64,000 bases of DNA. Source: Candidatus Omnitrophota bacterium (GTDB taxonomy: Bacteria > Omnitrophota > Gorgyraeia > Zapsychrales > JAHFFX01). Position 1 is the stretch's first letter. Each line of letters opens with the position of its first letter. Shown here piece by piece: positions 46,512-56,028 of the stretch. A program made the position numbers and the translations under genes. The notes under the pieces were generated by a model that did no database searches, was not told the origin of the DNA, and saw nothing but the letters and a program-made list of their open reading frames with translations. The stretch spans positions 783 through 64,782 of the forward strand of contig JAHFFW010000014.1 in NCBI GenBank assembly GCA_023247725.1. The letters run 5' to 3'.

Positions 46512-47014
46512 GGAAGTTATTCGTTGCCGTAATGATGATTTGCTTGTTTTCGATAACGAACTCACCGTGTTTGGAAGCAAAAACTTTTTCGAGCACGCTT
46601 TACCCGGCCCCGGGAGCTCAATGGGAAGTCTTCGAACAGCCGTTCTTCCGCGTTAATACCATTTACCGGCTCAAGCACGTCGGTGATCCGCGGTATCTGC
46701 ATCAACCCTTTGTTGCCGTTGATCCCTCCGGTCAAGAATATATGCTGACCTTCAATGTTGTGCATTTGTCCAGACAACAGATTTTGAACGATTTCAATAA
46801 ACTGGTGCGGGAAGAAAAACTTAACATCGATGCCACCAACGTCGAAGAATACGCCCGCTTCTTTGTGCAGGTCCACGGCCTGACAACACCATCCATATCC
46901 ACCATCCGGCCTGCCTCCGATGGATACATGGTCGAGTGCATTCTCCCTTTGGGAGAATCGCTGGAGTTGACCATCGCCCCGAATGGAACCATTCAAATCA
47001 ATAAGAATGACTAA
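46508..47014 (+). CDS. secreted hypothetical protein (168 aa)
   Basis: The ATG overlaps the tag stop. Signal peptide MRKLFVAVMMICLFSITNSPCLEA. Confidence 0.5.
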   Translation: MRKLFVAVMMICLFSITNSPCLEAKTFSSTLYPAPGAQWEVFEQPFFRVNTIYRLKHVGDPRYLHQPFVAVDPSGQEYMLTFNVVHLSRQQILNDFNKLVREEKLNIDATNVEEYARFFVQVHGLTTPSISTIRPASDGYMVECILPLGESLELTIAPNGTIQINKND

Positions 47015-47017
47015 TTC

Positions 47018-48085
47018 ATGAAGATTGTCGGATTTTCCGTCGGCAAACTTTCGGCTCCTTTGAATCAGCCCTTTCGCACGGCCTTAGGATCACACGCCGC
47101 GTTAGAGAATCTTCGGTTGACCCTCCAATTGCAAGACGGAACAATGGGTTTTGGAGAAGCGGCGATCGCCACCCACATCACCGGCGAAACGTTGGAACAA
47201 ACCGAGAAAAATTTGCGCGGCGTTGGCGAAGGGCTCATTGGCCGTCGGGTGGATCATTATGGAAAGATTTCCGTTTCGTTGCATGAACGTTTGGCAACCA
47301 ATAAAACCGCCCTGGCTGCGGTGGAAGGGGCCTTGCTGGATCTTTTCACTCGCTATCGGAAGATTCCTTTATGGAGGTTGTTTGGTTCGACGTGCCAGCG
47401 TTTGACGACGGACATTACGATCGTCATCGCAGACTTAGCGGAAACACGAGCCGCCGTTAAAAAATTTTACCGACAGGGTTTTAGGACATTCAAGGTTAAG
47501 ATTGGTCAAAATGAGGAGCTCGATTTCGAAAGGGTTCTTCTTGTCAAAAAAGTTGCGCCTCGGTGCAGAATTTATTTAGATGCCAACCAAGGATTGACCG
47601 CGGACCAAACGCTGCGGTTCTTAAAAAGATTGGATGAGGCCGGCATCCGGCCCGATCTTTTAGAACAGCCAGTGCCACGCGAAGATTGGGAGGGGCTGAA
47701 AAAGGTGAACCGCCTTTCCGCGGTTCCGGTCTGTGCCGATGAAAGCGTTCGTTCTCTGTCAGAGGCCTTGCGGGCTATCCGGGAAAAAGCCGTCCGGGTC
47801 ATCAATATCAAACTGGCGAAAACGGGACTCCTCGAATCCCGCCAGATCGCTCAAAAGGCGGACGCCGCCGGCATAAAATTGATGATGGGAGGCATGCTGG
47901 AAAGCTCGCTCGCCATGACAACCGCGGCGCATTTTGCCGCCGGGATGGGGTATTTTGATTATATCGATCTCGACACGCCATTTTTTATTCGCTCGGGATT
48001 TGATGCCAACCCTTTTCTCTCTTCTAAAGGGACTTATGACCTGCGTCGGGTCAAGGCGGGGGTGGGAATTCCAGAAACGGGTTGA
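47018..48085 (+). CDS. enolase-superfamily dipeptide epimerase (L-Ala-D/L-Glu epimerase-like; MR/MLE family)
   Basis: FKVKIG...YLDANQG...LEQPV...DES metal and catalytic motif order typical of the muconate-lactonizing/dipeptide-epimerase subgroup. Confidence 0.75.
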   Translation: MKIVGFSVGKLSAPLNQPFRTALGSHAALENLRLTLQLQDGTMGFGEAAIATHITGETLEQTEKNLRGVGEGLIGRRVDHYGKISVSLHERLATNKTALAAVEGALLDLFTRYRKIPLWRLFGSTCQRLTTDITIVIADLAETRAAVKKFYRQGFRTFKVKIGQNEELDFERVLLVKKVAPRCRIYLDANQGLTADQTLRFLKRLDEAGIRPDLLEQPVPREDWEGLKKVNRLSAVPVCADESVRSLSEALRAIREKAVRVINIKLAKTGLLESRQIAQKADAAGIKLMMGGMLESSLAMTTAAHFAAGMGYFDYIDLDTPFFIRSGFDANPFLSSKGTYDLRRVKAGVGIPETG

Positions 48086-48162
48086 TTTTCAGGCAAAAAA
48101 TTGTAATATAATAGCTTCTATCCAATATTGCCGAATAGTCACAACTGTTTTATACTTTTTCT

Positions 48163-48471
48163 ATGAAAAAAATCACATCAAAAATATCAGTTAATTTGCC
48201 AGTCCAATTTATAAAAGAAGGCAATACTTTTGTTGCTTCCTGCCCCGCTCTTGATATTTCAACTCAAGGCGAGACGTTTGAGGAAGCGCAAAAAATGTTT
48301 AGCGAATTGGTTGGTGTCTTTATCCATGAACTAATTGAAATGGGAACGGTAGAGGAAGTTTTATTGTCTCTGGGGTGGCAGAAAGCCCCAGATAAGAAAA
48401 CATGGAAACCACCCGTAATTGATTTTATCAAAGAAAGTCAGCAAGCAGTTGACATTCCATGCCCCGCCTAA
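48163..48471 (+). CDS. hicB: HicB-like antitoxin (type II TA)
   Basis: FVASCPALDISTQGETFEEAQKMFSELV matches the HicB_lk_antitox fold signature. Overlaps the downstream hicA. Confidence 0.7.
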   Translation: MKKITSKISVNLPVQFIKEGNTFVASCPALDISTQGETFEEAQKMFSELVGVFIHELIEMGTVEEVLLSLGWQKAPDKKTWKPPVIDFIKESQQAVDIPCPA

Positions 48472-48692
48472 CCCCGATTCACTACGGGAAATTTGCTAAA
48501 TTTCTTGAATATATCGGTTGCCAGTTTGTTCGACAACGGGGAAGTCATATGATTTATCGAAGGTCGGATTTAAATAGACCAATTGTTTTTCTTGCGAGTA
48601 AGCAACTTTCAACAATCGTAATTACAAATAACTTGCGGACATTAAATATTTCCAAAGAGAAATATTTGGAAATTCTCGAAAAGATCAAATAA
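48459..48692 (+). CDS. hicA: HicA-family mRNA interferase toxin
   Basis: FVRQRGSHMIYRR...RPIVF, the conserved GSH motif of HicA. 77 aa. Confidence 0.8.
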   Translation: MPRLTPIHYGKFAKFLEYIGCQFVRQRGSHMIYRRSDLNRPIVFLASKQLSTIVITNNLRTLNISKEKYLEILEKIK

Positions 48693-48972
48693 AATGACCT
48701 AAAAGTTTATCTGATCCAGCTCGGCTATCCTCGGCCGGGCATTTTTATTTCAACTCCTAACTCAATAATGCTTTTGGCCGGAGTTTTGTTTGCCGGGAGA
48801 AGGCCAAGGATGGTCAAGAGGCCCCTTATTGAAATAATTCGCCAAATTTGACACTTCGACGGCCTTCAAGCCGCGCCCTTCAGGGCGCGGTAAGTTTAGA
48901 CCGCTCGGTGTCAACCCTGAGCAAGCCCCGGGCTTTAGCCCGGGTGCGTCGAATGGGTTGACTTTTTAATGA

Positions 48973-49491
48973 CGGATGGTCCACGAGAACTCTCGCCGAG
49001 GATATGGATCTGACCTGGAGTTTTACCAGCAGCGGCATCGAGTTCGGTTCGTGGAAGACGCGATCTGCTACCCGATTGAACCGCATAATTTCGGCTTCCT
49101 GCGCAAACAGCTCAAGCGCTGGTCGCACGGTTTTGTGCAGAACGTCTGCCTCCATTGGGAAGGGCTCTTAAAATTCCCGTATTTGCGCTCGCTCGTTGCC
49201 GTCGCGATGTGGGATGCGGTCGTTGCGTCTCTGGCCTATTTGATTCTTTTGCCTTTATTGGCGATCGTATTGAAAAAACCTTTATTGCTTTTGGGTTATG
49301 TGATTGATGTTCCAGCCGTCTTGGTTCCAGTTTTATATCAGGCCAGCCGGCGCAAAGAAATGATTCGGGCGCTAACCAGCATTCCGGCTTTCTTTGTCCT
49401 GCGCAACGTCAATGCGATTTTTATTCTGGAGGCTGTCGTTAGCGAATTTCTTTTTAAGAAACGATTTTGTGTGTATGAGAAAGGGCATTGA
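48973..49491 (+). pseudogene. C-terminal fragment of a processive GT2 glycosyltransferase (QxxRW motif and C-terminal TM helices); 5' part missing
   Basis: FLRKQLKRWSHG is the QxxRW motif. The frame is closed by a stop at 48970-48972 immediately upstream, so no catalytic N-domain is present. Confidence 0.5.
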
Positions 49492-49598
49492 GCTGCTAAG
49501 CTCATGAGTTCCTATGCTCTTTTACTTGACCACTACTATCTTTTTTAAAACAACAGAAAAATTGTTCAACAGCTTAGGAGCTCAGTAGCTCAGCAGCT
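49490..49598 (+). promoter_or_regulatory. dyad unit: gagctgctaagctc ... gcttaggagctcagtagctcagcagct around an AT-rich ~60-nt spacer, ending 20 nt before the ATG at 49618
   Basis: Imperfect inverted repeat read directly. A related unit lies at 55546-55634. Confidence 0.4.
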
Positions 49599-49617
49599 AA
49601 TACAAACGAGGTCACCC

Positions 49618-49989
49618 ATGATTGCCGGACTCCCGGGGACAGGAATTGGCGGGACATTTTACCTATTGAGCGCATTTTTAATGCCGTTTTATCAATTGAA
49701 TAAAATGCGGCGCCGTAAGGCTAGAAGACACGGCTGGAAATCAGTGGTGTTCCAACTTTTTCTTGCCTTTAGTATGCTCGTCGGGTTTTGGCTGACCGGC
49801 TTGGGGTTGGGATTGCTGCTCCAGAAGACAGTGATTTCCGGTTCCTCCTTAAGCCATGGGAGAGCGAATGTCTTTCAGGTTCAGCCTCTTTTTATCTCTT
49901 TGGCGGTCCTGTTTTTTGTCCTTGCCTTTGTGCACGGTCAAAGTCTCTTGAGCCGCCCGCGCAAAACGCCAAAGCCGGTACGAAAATAA
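49618..49989 (+). CDS. hypothetical membrane protein (123 aa, 3-4 TM helices)
   Basis: Hydrophobic segments and a basic C-terminus. Confidence 0.45.
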   Translation: MIAGLPGTGIGGTFYLLSAFLMPFYQLNKMRRRKARRHGWKSVVFQLFLAFSMLVGFWLTGLGLGLLLQKTVISGSSLSHGRANVFQVQPLFISLAVLFFVLAFVHGQSLLSRPRKTPKPVRK

Positions 49990-50190
49990 TTTAACAAAAA
50001 ATCTTCCTTCTCTAGTATACTTATCTCACCCATACGAAGTCGTTCTCTCCTCTACCCAGAAGCCCTATTTCCCCTCGATGGTTGACTGTTGAAAGATTGG
50101 TGAAACGATCTTAACCCCAAGATCGTTTCTTAAAGGAATTTCTTTTAACGGTCCAAACCGAAAAATCAATAAGGCTTTTGGATCGAATTC

Positions 50191-50733
50191 ATGCCAGACC
50201 CTCATTTGCTTCAAGGCGCCATCCCCAGTGTCGAAGGTCAGAGACCAAAATTTTTGCCGGCCGTTGATCGGTTGCGTCTGGTTCGGCCTTTAGCCGGGCT
50301 CATCATTGTTGGCAATCTCGTTTATGCGGGATTGCGTCTCCAGCAAAAATTCGATTCGGCTTCTATTCCTGCGAAAGTTTTCTCACCGAGTGAAGTCCAT
50401 TCTTTATTTTCACCTAACGAACAAAGGCCATGGGAATACTATGAGGAATTGGTGGGCCGCCGGGATCTGTTCAATTTGGTTTCGCCCAATTCCGCTGACC
50501 AGGTTTTACCGGAACCTTCGACGACGGCGAGCATCCCGGAGCAAATTCTCAATTTGAAGGTGGTCGGGATCATTTTTGACCGGGTTCGGCAGGCGGTCCT
50601 CCAATCTGCCGACGGCAAGGAAACCTTTTTTGTGAAAGAAAACGAAGGCCTCAACGGCGCTACCATCCGTGATATTAAGGAAGACAAAGTGATCCTCGAA
50701 TTTCAGGGACAAACGATCGAACTCGCCAGATGA
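50191..50733 (+). CDS. GspC/PilP-like secretin-associated inner-membrane protein
   Basis: N-terminal TM helix, then a C-terminal beta domain (VVGIIFDRVRQAVLQSADGKETFFVKENEGL). Immediately upstream of the secretin gene, overlapping it. Confidence 0.5.
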   Translation: MPDPHLLQGAIPSVEGQRPKFLPAVDRLRLVRPLAGLIIVGNLVYAGLRLQQKFDSASIPAKVFSPSEVHSLFSPNEQRPWEYYEELVGRRDLFNLVSPNSADQVLPEPSTTASIPEQILNLKVVGIIFDRVRQAVLQSADGKETFFVKENEGLNGATIRDIKEDKVILEFQGQTIELAR

Positions 50734-52280
50734 AATCCATGACCACAGCCATGTCAATGCTGAAAACAAACCGCGGACGAATCATTTTTGCCGCCCTTGT
50801 GCTATTGCTGAATCCGGGGGTAGGGATAGGCGAGTCTTCCGCGCCCGGGCAGGCCGTTTTGGCTCCGGGGCAAAGTAAGCCCGCGCCAAGGCATCGGATT
50901 GATTTGTTGGATTTGAAGGAAATGGATACAACCGATGTCCTTAAACTCATTTCCCAGAAAACCGGTCTCAACATCATCGCCGGCAATAACGTCACCGGCA
51001 AGGTCACGATTTATTTGAAGGACGTGGCTGTCGATGAAGTCTTGGGGATTCTCTGTGATACCAATGACCTCGCCTATGTGGAAGAGGAGGGCCTTATCCA
51101 CGTCATGACCGCCGCCGATTACGAACGCAAATACGGCCGCCGATTTAACCCCAAGACTAGAAAAAAAATTGTCAAACTAAATGATGTCAGCGTTGCCCAC
51201 GTTCTGCCGGTTTTGGAAAAGCTCAAAGGGACCAATGGCGCCATCGTTTCCGATGAGCGCACGAACACCCTGGTTTTGACCGACACTGCCGAAACGATCG
51301 GGGAAATGGAAACCGTCCTCAAAGAGATCGATACTCCCCGAACGACCGAGGTCTTCGATCTCAACTATGCCCGCGCGGAAGAAATTTCCGAGAAGGTGGA
51401 GGCCTTATTGACCCCCAACGTCGGGTCGCTGCGGTTTGACAAACGCTCGAACAAGCTTTCGGTCACCGATATCCCGCCGAAGCTGAGCGAAATTGCCAAG
51501 GTTATCTCGGCCTTTGATGTGAAAGAAAAACAGGTCGCCATTGAGGCAAAGATCGTCCAGGTTATTTTAAGTGATCAATTTAAAATGGGGATTGATTGGC
51601 AGGCGATGGCCGCGAAATATCATAATTTGCGAATGGCCGGAAATTTGAGTTTGTTGTCTGACGTCGACAAAAAAGGAACGATCGCAATTGGAACGCTTTC
51701 CGATGACAGTTATTCGGTCATGATTCAGGCCCTTAAGGAATATGGCGACACCAATAATCTTTCCAACCCTCATATCATGGCCGTTAATAATGAGGAAGCC
51801 AAGATTTTAGTGGGTTCCACTGAGCCCTATGTCACGACGACAACGACCACGCCCGCGGCTGGGCCAGCCACCACCGCAGAGAGCGTTAATTTTATTGAAG
51901 TGGGGGTGAAGCTCTACGTGACGCCGATCATTCACAACGATGGCTATATCACGATGAAGATCAAGCCGGAGGTCAGCTCCGTGACCCGGACGATCGCGAC
52001 GGCCAATAATAATACGATTCCCGTCGTGGATACCTCAGAGGCAGAAACAACGGTCATTGCCAAGGATGGGGTGACGATCATCCTCGGCGGTTTGATCAAA
52101 GATGAGTTGGTCAATACGGATAAAAAAGTCCCTTTGTTGGGCGATGTTCCTTTCATGGGCGCGCTTTTTCGCAGCCAAAATCATTTGACGAGAAAAACCG
52201 AATTGGTCATCTTTTTAACGCCCCGGATTGTGACGGGAGATACGCCCGCTCTCTCGCGAGAGAAAGTCACACCACCGTGA
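50730..52280 (+). CDS. gspD: secretin (GspD/PilQ family)
   Basis: Signal peptide, N-domains, secretin core and the conserved C-terminus VPLLGDVPFMGALFRSQNHLTRKTELVIFLTPRIV. Confidence 0.85.
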   Translation: MKSMTTAMSMLKTNRGRIIFAALVLLLNPGVGIGESSAPGQAVLAPGQSKPAPRHRIDLLDLKEMDTTDVLKLISQKTGLNIIAGNNVTGKVTIYLKDVAVDEVLGILCDTNDLAYVEEEGLIHVMTAADYERKYGRRFNPKTRKKIVKLNDVSVAHVLPVLEKLKGTNGAIVSDERTNTLVLTDTAETIGEMETVLKEIDTPRTTEVFDLNYARAEEISEKVEALLTPNVGSLRFDKRSNKLSVTDIPPKLSEIAKVISAFDVKEKQVAIEAKIVQVILSDQFKMGIDWQAMAAKYHNLRMAGNLSLLSDVDKKGTIAIGTLSDDSYSVMIQALKEYGDTNNLSNPHIMAVNNEEAKILVGSTEPYVTTTTTTPAAGPATTAESVNFIEVGVKLYVTPIIHNDGYITMKIKPEVSSVTRTIATANNNTIPVVDTSEAETTVIAKDGVTIILGGLIKDELVNTDKKVPLLGDVPFMGALFRSQNHLTRKTELVIFLTPRIVTGDTPALSREKVTPP

Positions 52281-52295
52281 GCCTGCCATAGAGCC

Positions 52296-53984
52296 ATGCC
52301 CCAACGAACCCCGATTGGCCAGATTTTGGTCCAGGAACATTTCATCAGCGATCAAGACCTTCAACGCGCCCTCGCGGTGCAAACAAAGACCAAGGAACGC
52401 CTGGGAGAGATCCTGATCCAGCTGGGGGTGATGGCACATGACGCCCGGTTCTTTTCGTTATTGGCAAAACAAATGGGTGTGCCCTATGTTGATTTAAAAG
52501 AAACCGAAATCCCTTCGGCGGTTTTGGCCTGCGTTCCGGCGCAGTTGGCCAGCCATTATAAGATCATTCCGGTTCAATCTCACAATGGCCAACTGGCGCT
52601 GGCCACCAGTGACCCCTGGGATATTTTGAAGCTCGACGAGTTAAGTGCGGCGCTGCGCTGCGAAGTAAGGCCTGTCCTCGCCGATGAAAAAGCCATCCTC
52701 GAATCGATTCGTAAATATTACGGTTTGGGAGCCGAGACGATCGAACGGATGATGGCGCAAGGCCAGGGCCGTTCCGGTGAAGAAGTCCAGGTCAAAGACA
52801 TCGAAGAGCTCACGACCGAGGCCTCCATCGGGGCTTTCCTCAATCAGCTTATTTTGGAGGCCTATCGCGAACGGGCGACCGATATTCACATCGAACCCTG
52901 CGAAAACGAATTGCAGGTGCGCTACCGCATCGATGGGTTCCTACGCGATGCCAAGGTTCCCCAAAATATCCGCCACTTCAAGGATCCGATCAACTCCCGG
53001 ATCAAAATCCTGTCCAATTTGAATATTGCGCAGCGGCGTTTGCCCCAGGACGGCCGATTCAAGGTGAAGGTGGGCGATACGCAGCTGGATCTGCGGGTTT
53101 CATTTCTTCCCACCGCATTTGGAGAAAGCGCGGTCATTCGCATTCTCAATGCCAACCAGCTCTTTGATATTGAGCGGCTGGGGTTGGCCTCGCGAGAATT
53201 AAAAATTCTGGACGAATTGATCAAGAAACCCCATGGCCTTATTTTTGTCACCGGCCCGACGGGAAGCGGGAAAACGACGACCTTGTATTCCTGCCTCTCT
53301 CGGGTCAATAGTGCGGAACGCAAAATCCTGACAATCGAAGACCCGGCTGAATATCAGCTTGCCGGCATCACTCAGATCCAGGTAAATCCTGCTATTGGTC
53401 TCACCTTTGCGCAGGGATTGCGTTCGATGCTGCGTCATGATCCGGATATCATGATGGTCGGCGAGGTCCGCGATCACGAGACCGCACAGATTGCGATTCA
53501 GGTGGCCTTGACCGGTCATTTAGTTTTTTCGACGCTGCATACCAACGATGCCGCGAGCGCCGTGACGCGGCTTTTGGATATGGGGGTTGAACCGTATCTG
53601 ATTTCGAGTTCGGTCATCGGCTTCATTGCCCAGCGCCTGGTGAGACTGATTTGCCCGCACTGCAAAGAACCGCGAGTGCTTTCGCCGGAGGTCTTGGCTG
53701 ATTTTGATCTGGACCAAAACCCGGGGCGGGTTTCGACGTTTGTAGGAAAAGGTTGCCGCATGTGCCAGTCCACCGGTTATTTGGGCCGACAGGGGATTTA
53801 TGAATTTTTGATTTTGAATGAAGACATGCAAAAATTGATTCACCGCCGGGCATCGGCCAGTGAGATCCGAACGAAGGCGATGGAAAAGGGAATGAAAACA
53901 TTGCGCCAGGATGGCTGGGAAAAAATTAAGATGGGCTCGACCACACCAGAAGAAGTGATTCGGGTGACGGCGGGGGATTTTTGA
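52296..53984 (+). CDS. gspE: GspE/PilB-family secretion ATPase
   Basis: N-terminal T2SSE_N domain, Walker A GPTGSGKTT, Asp and His boxes, and the tetracysteine motif CPHC...CRMC. Confidence 0.9.
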   Translation: MPQRTPIGQILVQEHFISDQDLQRALAVQTKTKERLGEILIQLGVMAHDARFFSLLAKQMGVPYVDLKETEIPSAVLACVPAQLASHYKIIPVQSHNGQLALATSDPWDILKLDELSAALRCEVRPVLADEKAILESIRKYYGLGAETIERMMAQGQGRSGEEVQVKDIEELTTEASIGAFLNQLILEAYRERATDIHIEPCENELQVRYRIDGFLRDAKVPQNIRHFKDPINSRIKILSNLNIAQRRLPQDGRFKVKVGDTQLDLRVSFLPTAFGESAVIRILNANQLFDIERLGLASRELKILDELIKKPHGLIFVTGPTGSGKTTTLYSCLSRVNSAERKILTIEDPAEYQLAGITQIQVNPAIGLTFAQGLRSMLRHDPDIMMVGEVRDHETAQIAIQVALTGHLVFSTLHTNDAASAVTRLLDMGVEPYLISSSVIGFIAQRLVRLICPHCKEPRVLSPEVLADFDLDQNPGRVSTFVGKGCRMCQSTGYLGRQGIYEFLILNEDMQKLIHRRASASEIRTKAMEKGMKTLRQDGWEKIKMGSTTPEEVIRVTAGDF

Positions 53985-53986
53985 AT

Positions 53987-54226
53987 AGACGTAGGAAGTA
54001 GGACGTCCACTCCTCGCTGAGGCGCAGCGTCGTTTGGACGTGGGACGTCTGCGACCGCCGTCCCTCAGCTTTAACTAAGGACTGCGGTCGCTCGGACGTA
54101 GGACGTAAATCAGGATTGGTATTCAAAATTTCGTAATTAATATAATAATCAAAATCAATCGTCCCACGTCCTTCGTCCTAGCGAGCTACGCCAAAGGCAG
54201 GCGAGCGGACGTCCAACGTCCCACGT
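53987..54226. repeat. array of GGACGT-type heptad motifs in both orientations with nested dyads (intergenic gspE-gspF)
   Basis: taggacgtcc, tggacgtgggacgtc, cggacgtaggacgt, cgtcccacgtcc and cggacgtccaacgtcccacgt, read directly. Confidence 0.6.
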
Positions 54227-54246
54227 AACCTGAGCTTTATTCCAAC

Positions 54247-55494
54247 ATGACCCACTACACCTACCGAGCCAAAACCGGACCTTCCCAAATCCAAACCGGA
54301 GAACTCGAGGCCGTCGACGAAAAAGAGGCGGTGCAAAAGATCATGCAGCGGGGATTCATTCCCCTGGATGTGGAGGTTCGCCGTTTGCCGACGAAATCGC
54401 CCAAGGCCTCTTCATCGTTTTTCTTCTGGACTAGAATAAAGTCTGCCGGCCGCGCGGTTAGGCAGGAAGACCGATCTGCGTTTTTAAGGCCATTGAATGA
54501 TTTGATCGACGCCGACGTGCCGCTGCTAAAAGCTCTGAGTCTCACGCTGGCCCAAACTCGCAAACCTCCGGTGAAAGACATTTTGAGCCGGGTGACGACC
54601 GCGGTTCAAAACGGTGATTCCCTGTCCGAGGCATTAAAAAATTTCCCAGAACTGTTTCCGGCTTATGTGGTCACGATGATCCGCATCGGAGAAATGAGCG
54701 GCCACCTGAAAATCGTTTTGGCGCGTCTTGCGGAATATGCGGAAAAAGAAGACGAGTCCCGCCGGAAATTAACGATGAGCCTGATTTATCCCGCGATCGT
54801 TTTGGGCATGGGTTTCCTGACGGTTTTTATCCTGTTGACCTTTGTGATTCCGAAGCTGGCAGTCATGTTTGCGGACATGGGGCAACGATTGCCCTTCGTC
54901 ACCCGAATCCTCATTGCGATCAGTCAAATCTGCTCGCGCTATTGGGAGATTTTGATCGCCGCCGTTGCCGTGTTTATTTTGGGGTGGAAACGCTTTGCCA
55001 GTTTTCCGCAAGGCCAGCGAACACTGGATCGTCTCATTTTGAAAATCCCTTTTTGGGGAACGTTTGTGCGAATCCAAAATCTCGAACGGCTGGTGCGCAT
55101 GCTGGGCCTTTTGTTGGGCAATGGCGTGCCATTAACGACGGCCTTGGAGGAGATTGAAATGATCAGCGATAACGAGGTGATCAGGTTCGAAGTCAAAGCC
55201 CTCAGCCAGAAGATTATTGCAGGAGAACGTTTCGCCTCGGCCTTGGCGTCAGGAACTTTCTTAAGTCCGGAACAGATCGGAATGATGAGCATAGGAGAGG
55301 AGACCGGCCATCTGGATTCGGCATTAAACAAAGTTGCCCAACAATTGGAGACCCAGTCCGAACGATTGGTGCGGACCTCGACGACGTTCATGGAACCGGT
55401 CCTCATTCTCATCATCGGCGCGATCGTGGGGTTTATGGTGGTGGCGCTCTTGATGCCGGTGTTTGAGATGAATGTGGGGAGTGCGGGGAGTTAG
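54247..55494 (+). CDS. gspF: GspF/PilC-family inner-membrane platform protein
   Basis: Two T2SSF repeats, each with TM segments. Confidence 0.85.
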   Translation: MTHYTYRAKTGPSQIQTGELEAVDEKEAVQKIMQRGFIPLDVEVRRLPTKSPKASSSFFFWTRIKSAGRAVRQEDRSAFLRPLNDLIDADVPLLKALSLTLAQTRKPPVKDILSRVTTAVQNGDSLSEALKNFPELFPAYVVTMIRIGEMSGHLKIVLARLAEYAEKEDESRRKLTMSLIYPAIVLGMGFLTVFILLTFVIPKLAVMFADMGQRLPFVTRILIAISQICSRYWEILIAAVAVFILGWKRFASFPQGQRTLDRLILKIPFWGTFVRIQNLERLVRMLGLLLGNGVPLTTALEEIEMISDNEVIRFEVKALSQKIIAGERFASALASGTFLSPEQIGMMSIGEETGHLDSALNKVAQQLETQSERLVRTSTTFMEPVLILIIGAIVGFMVVALLMPVFEMNVGSAGS

Positions 55495-55545
55495 TGGAGT
55501 TATTAAAATAAAAACGCCTTCGATTCTTAACAAGAAGGTTGTTAT

Positions 55546-55634
55546 GCTGCTGAGTTGCTAAGCTCCAGATCCAGTTTAATTAAATCCATCAAAATGTCGT
55601 TTTCCTCAATTGTCACTAAGGAGCTTAGCAGCAC
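55546..55634 (+). promoter_or_regulatory. dyad unit gctgctgagttgctaagctcc ... ggagcttagcagcac around an AT-rich spacer, ending at the ATG of the pseudopilin gene
   Basis: 11-bp inverted repeat tgctaagctcc/ggagcttagca, read directly. Confidence 0.4.
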
Positions 55635-56024
55635 ATGAGCTTAAAAGCTAAAAACGCCTTCACCCTCCTCGAACTTCTCCTGACCATCATGCTCCTCGGT
55701 ATCTGTCTGGTCTCCGTCATCCGCGGTTTGCTGACCAATGCCAGGGCCATACAAATGGCCCAGGAATATACCGGCGCCATCAGCGCGGCGGATCAGGTGA
55801 TGTTTGAACTGTTGCAAACGCAGGCTTCGGCGAGGATCCCGTTAGAAGGTGAATTGAACAATCAGGCCGGTTATCGATATCGTCTGTATTTGCAGGATCC
55901 CGCTGATCACCGACGGCAGCTTCCCTTGAAGGAGGTCCGGTTAGAGATCCGCTGGCAGGCGGGTCACAGGGATCAAGGGATTTCTTTTTCAACCTATTTG
56001 ATCGAACCCGTTCCGAAAAGTTAA
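55635..56024 (+). CDS. type II secretion pseudopilin (GspG/H-like) with prepilin-type N-terminal methylation motif
   Basis: KNAFTLLELLLTIMLLGI: prepilin cleavage/methylation signal followed by a hydrophobic helix. Confidence 0.7.
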   Translation: MSLKAKNAFTLLELLLTIMLLGICLVSVIRGLLTNARAIQMAQEYTGAISAADQVMFELLQTQASARIPLEGELNNQAGYRYRLYLQDPADHRRQLPLKEVRLEIRWQAGHRDQGISFSTYLIEPVPKS

Positions 56025-56028
56025 AGCG

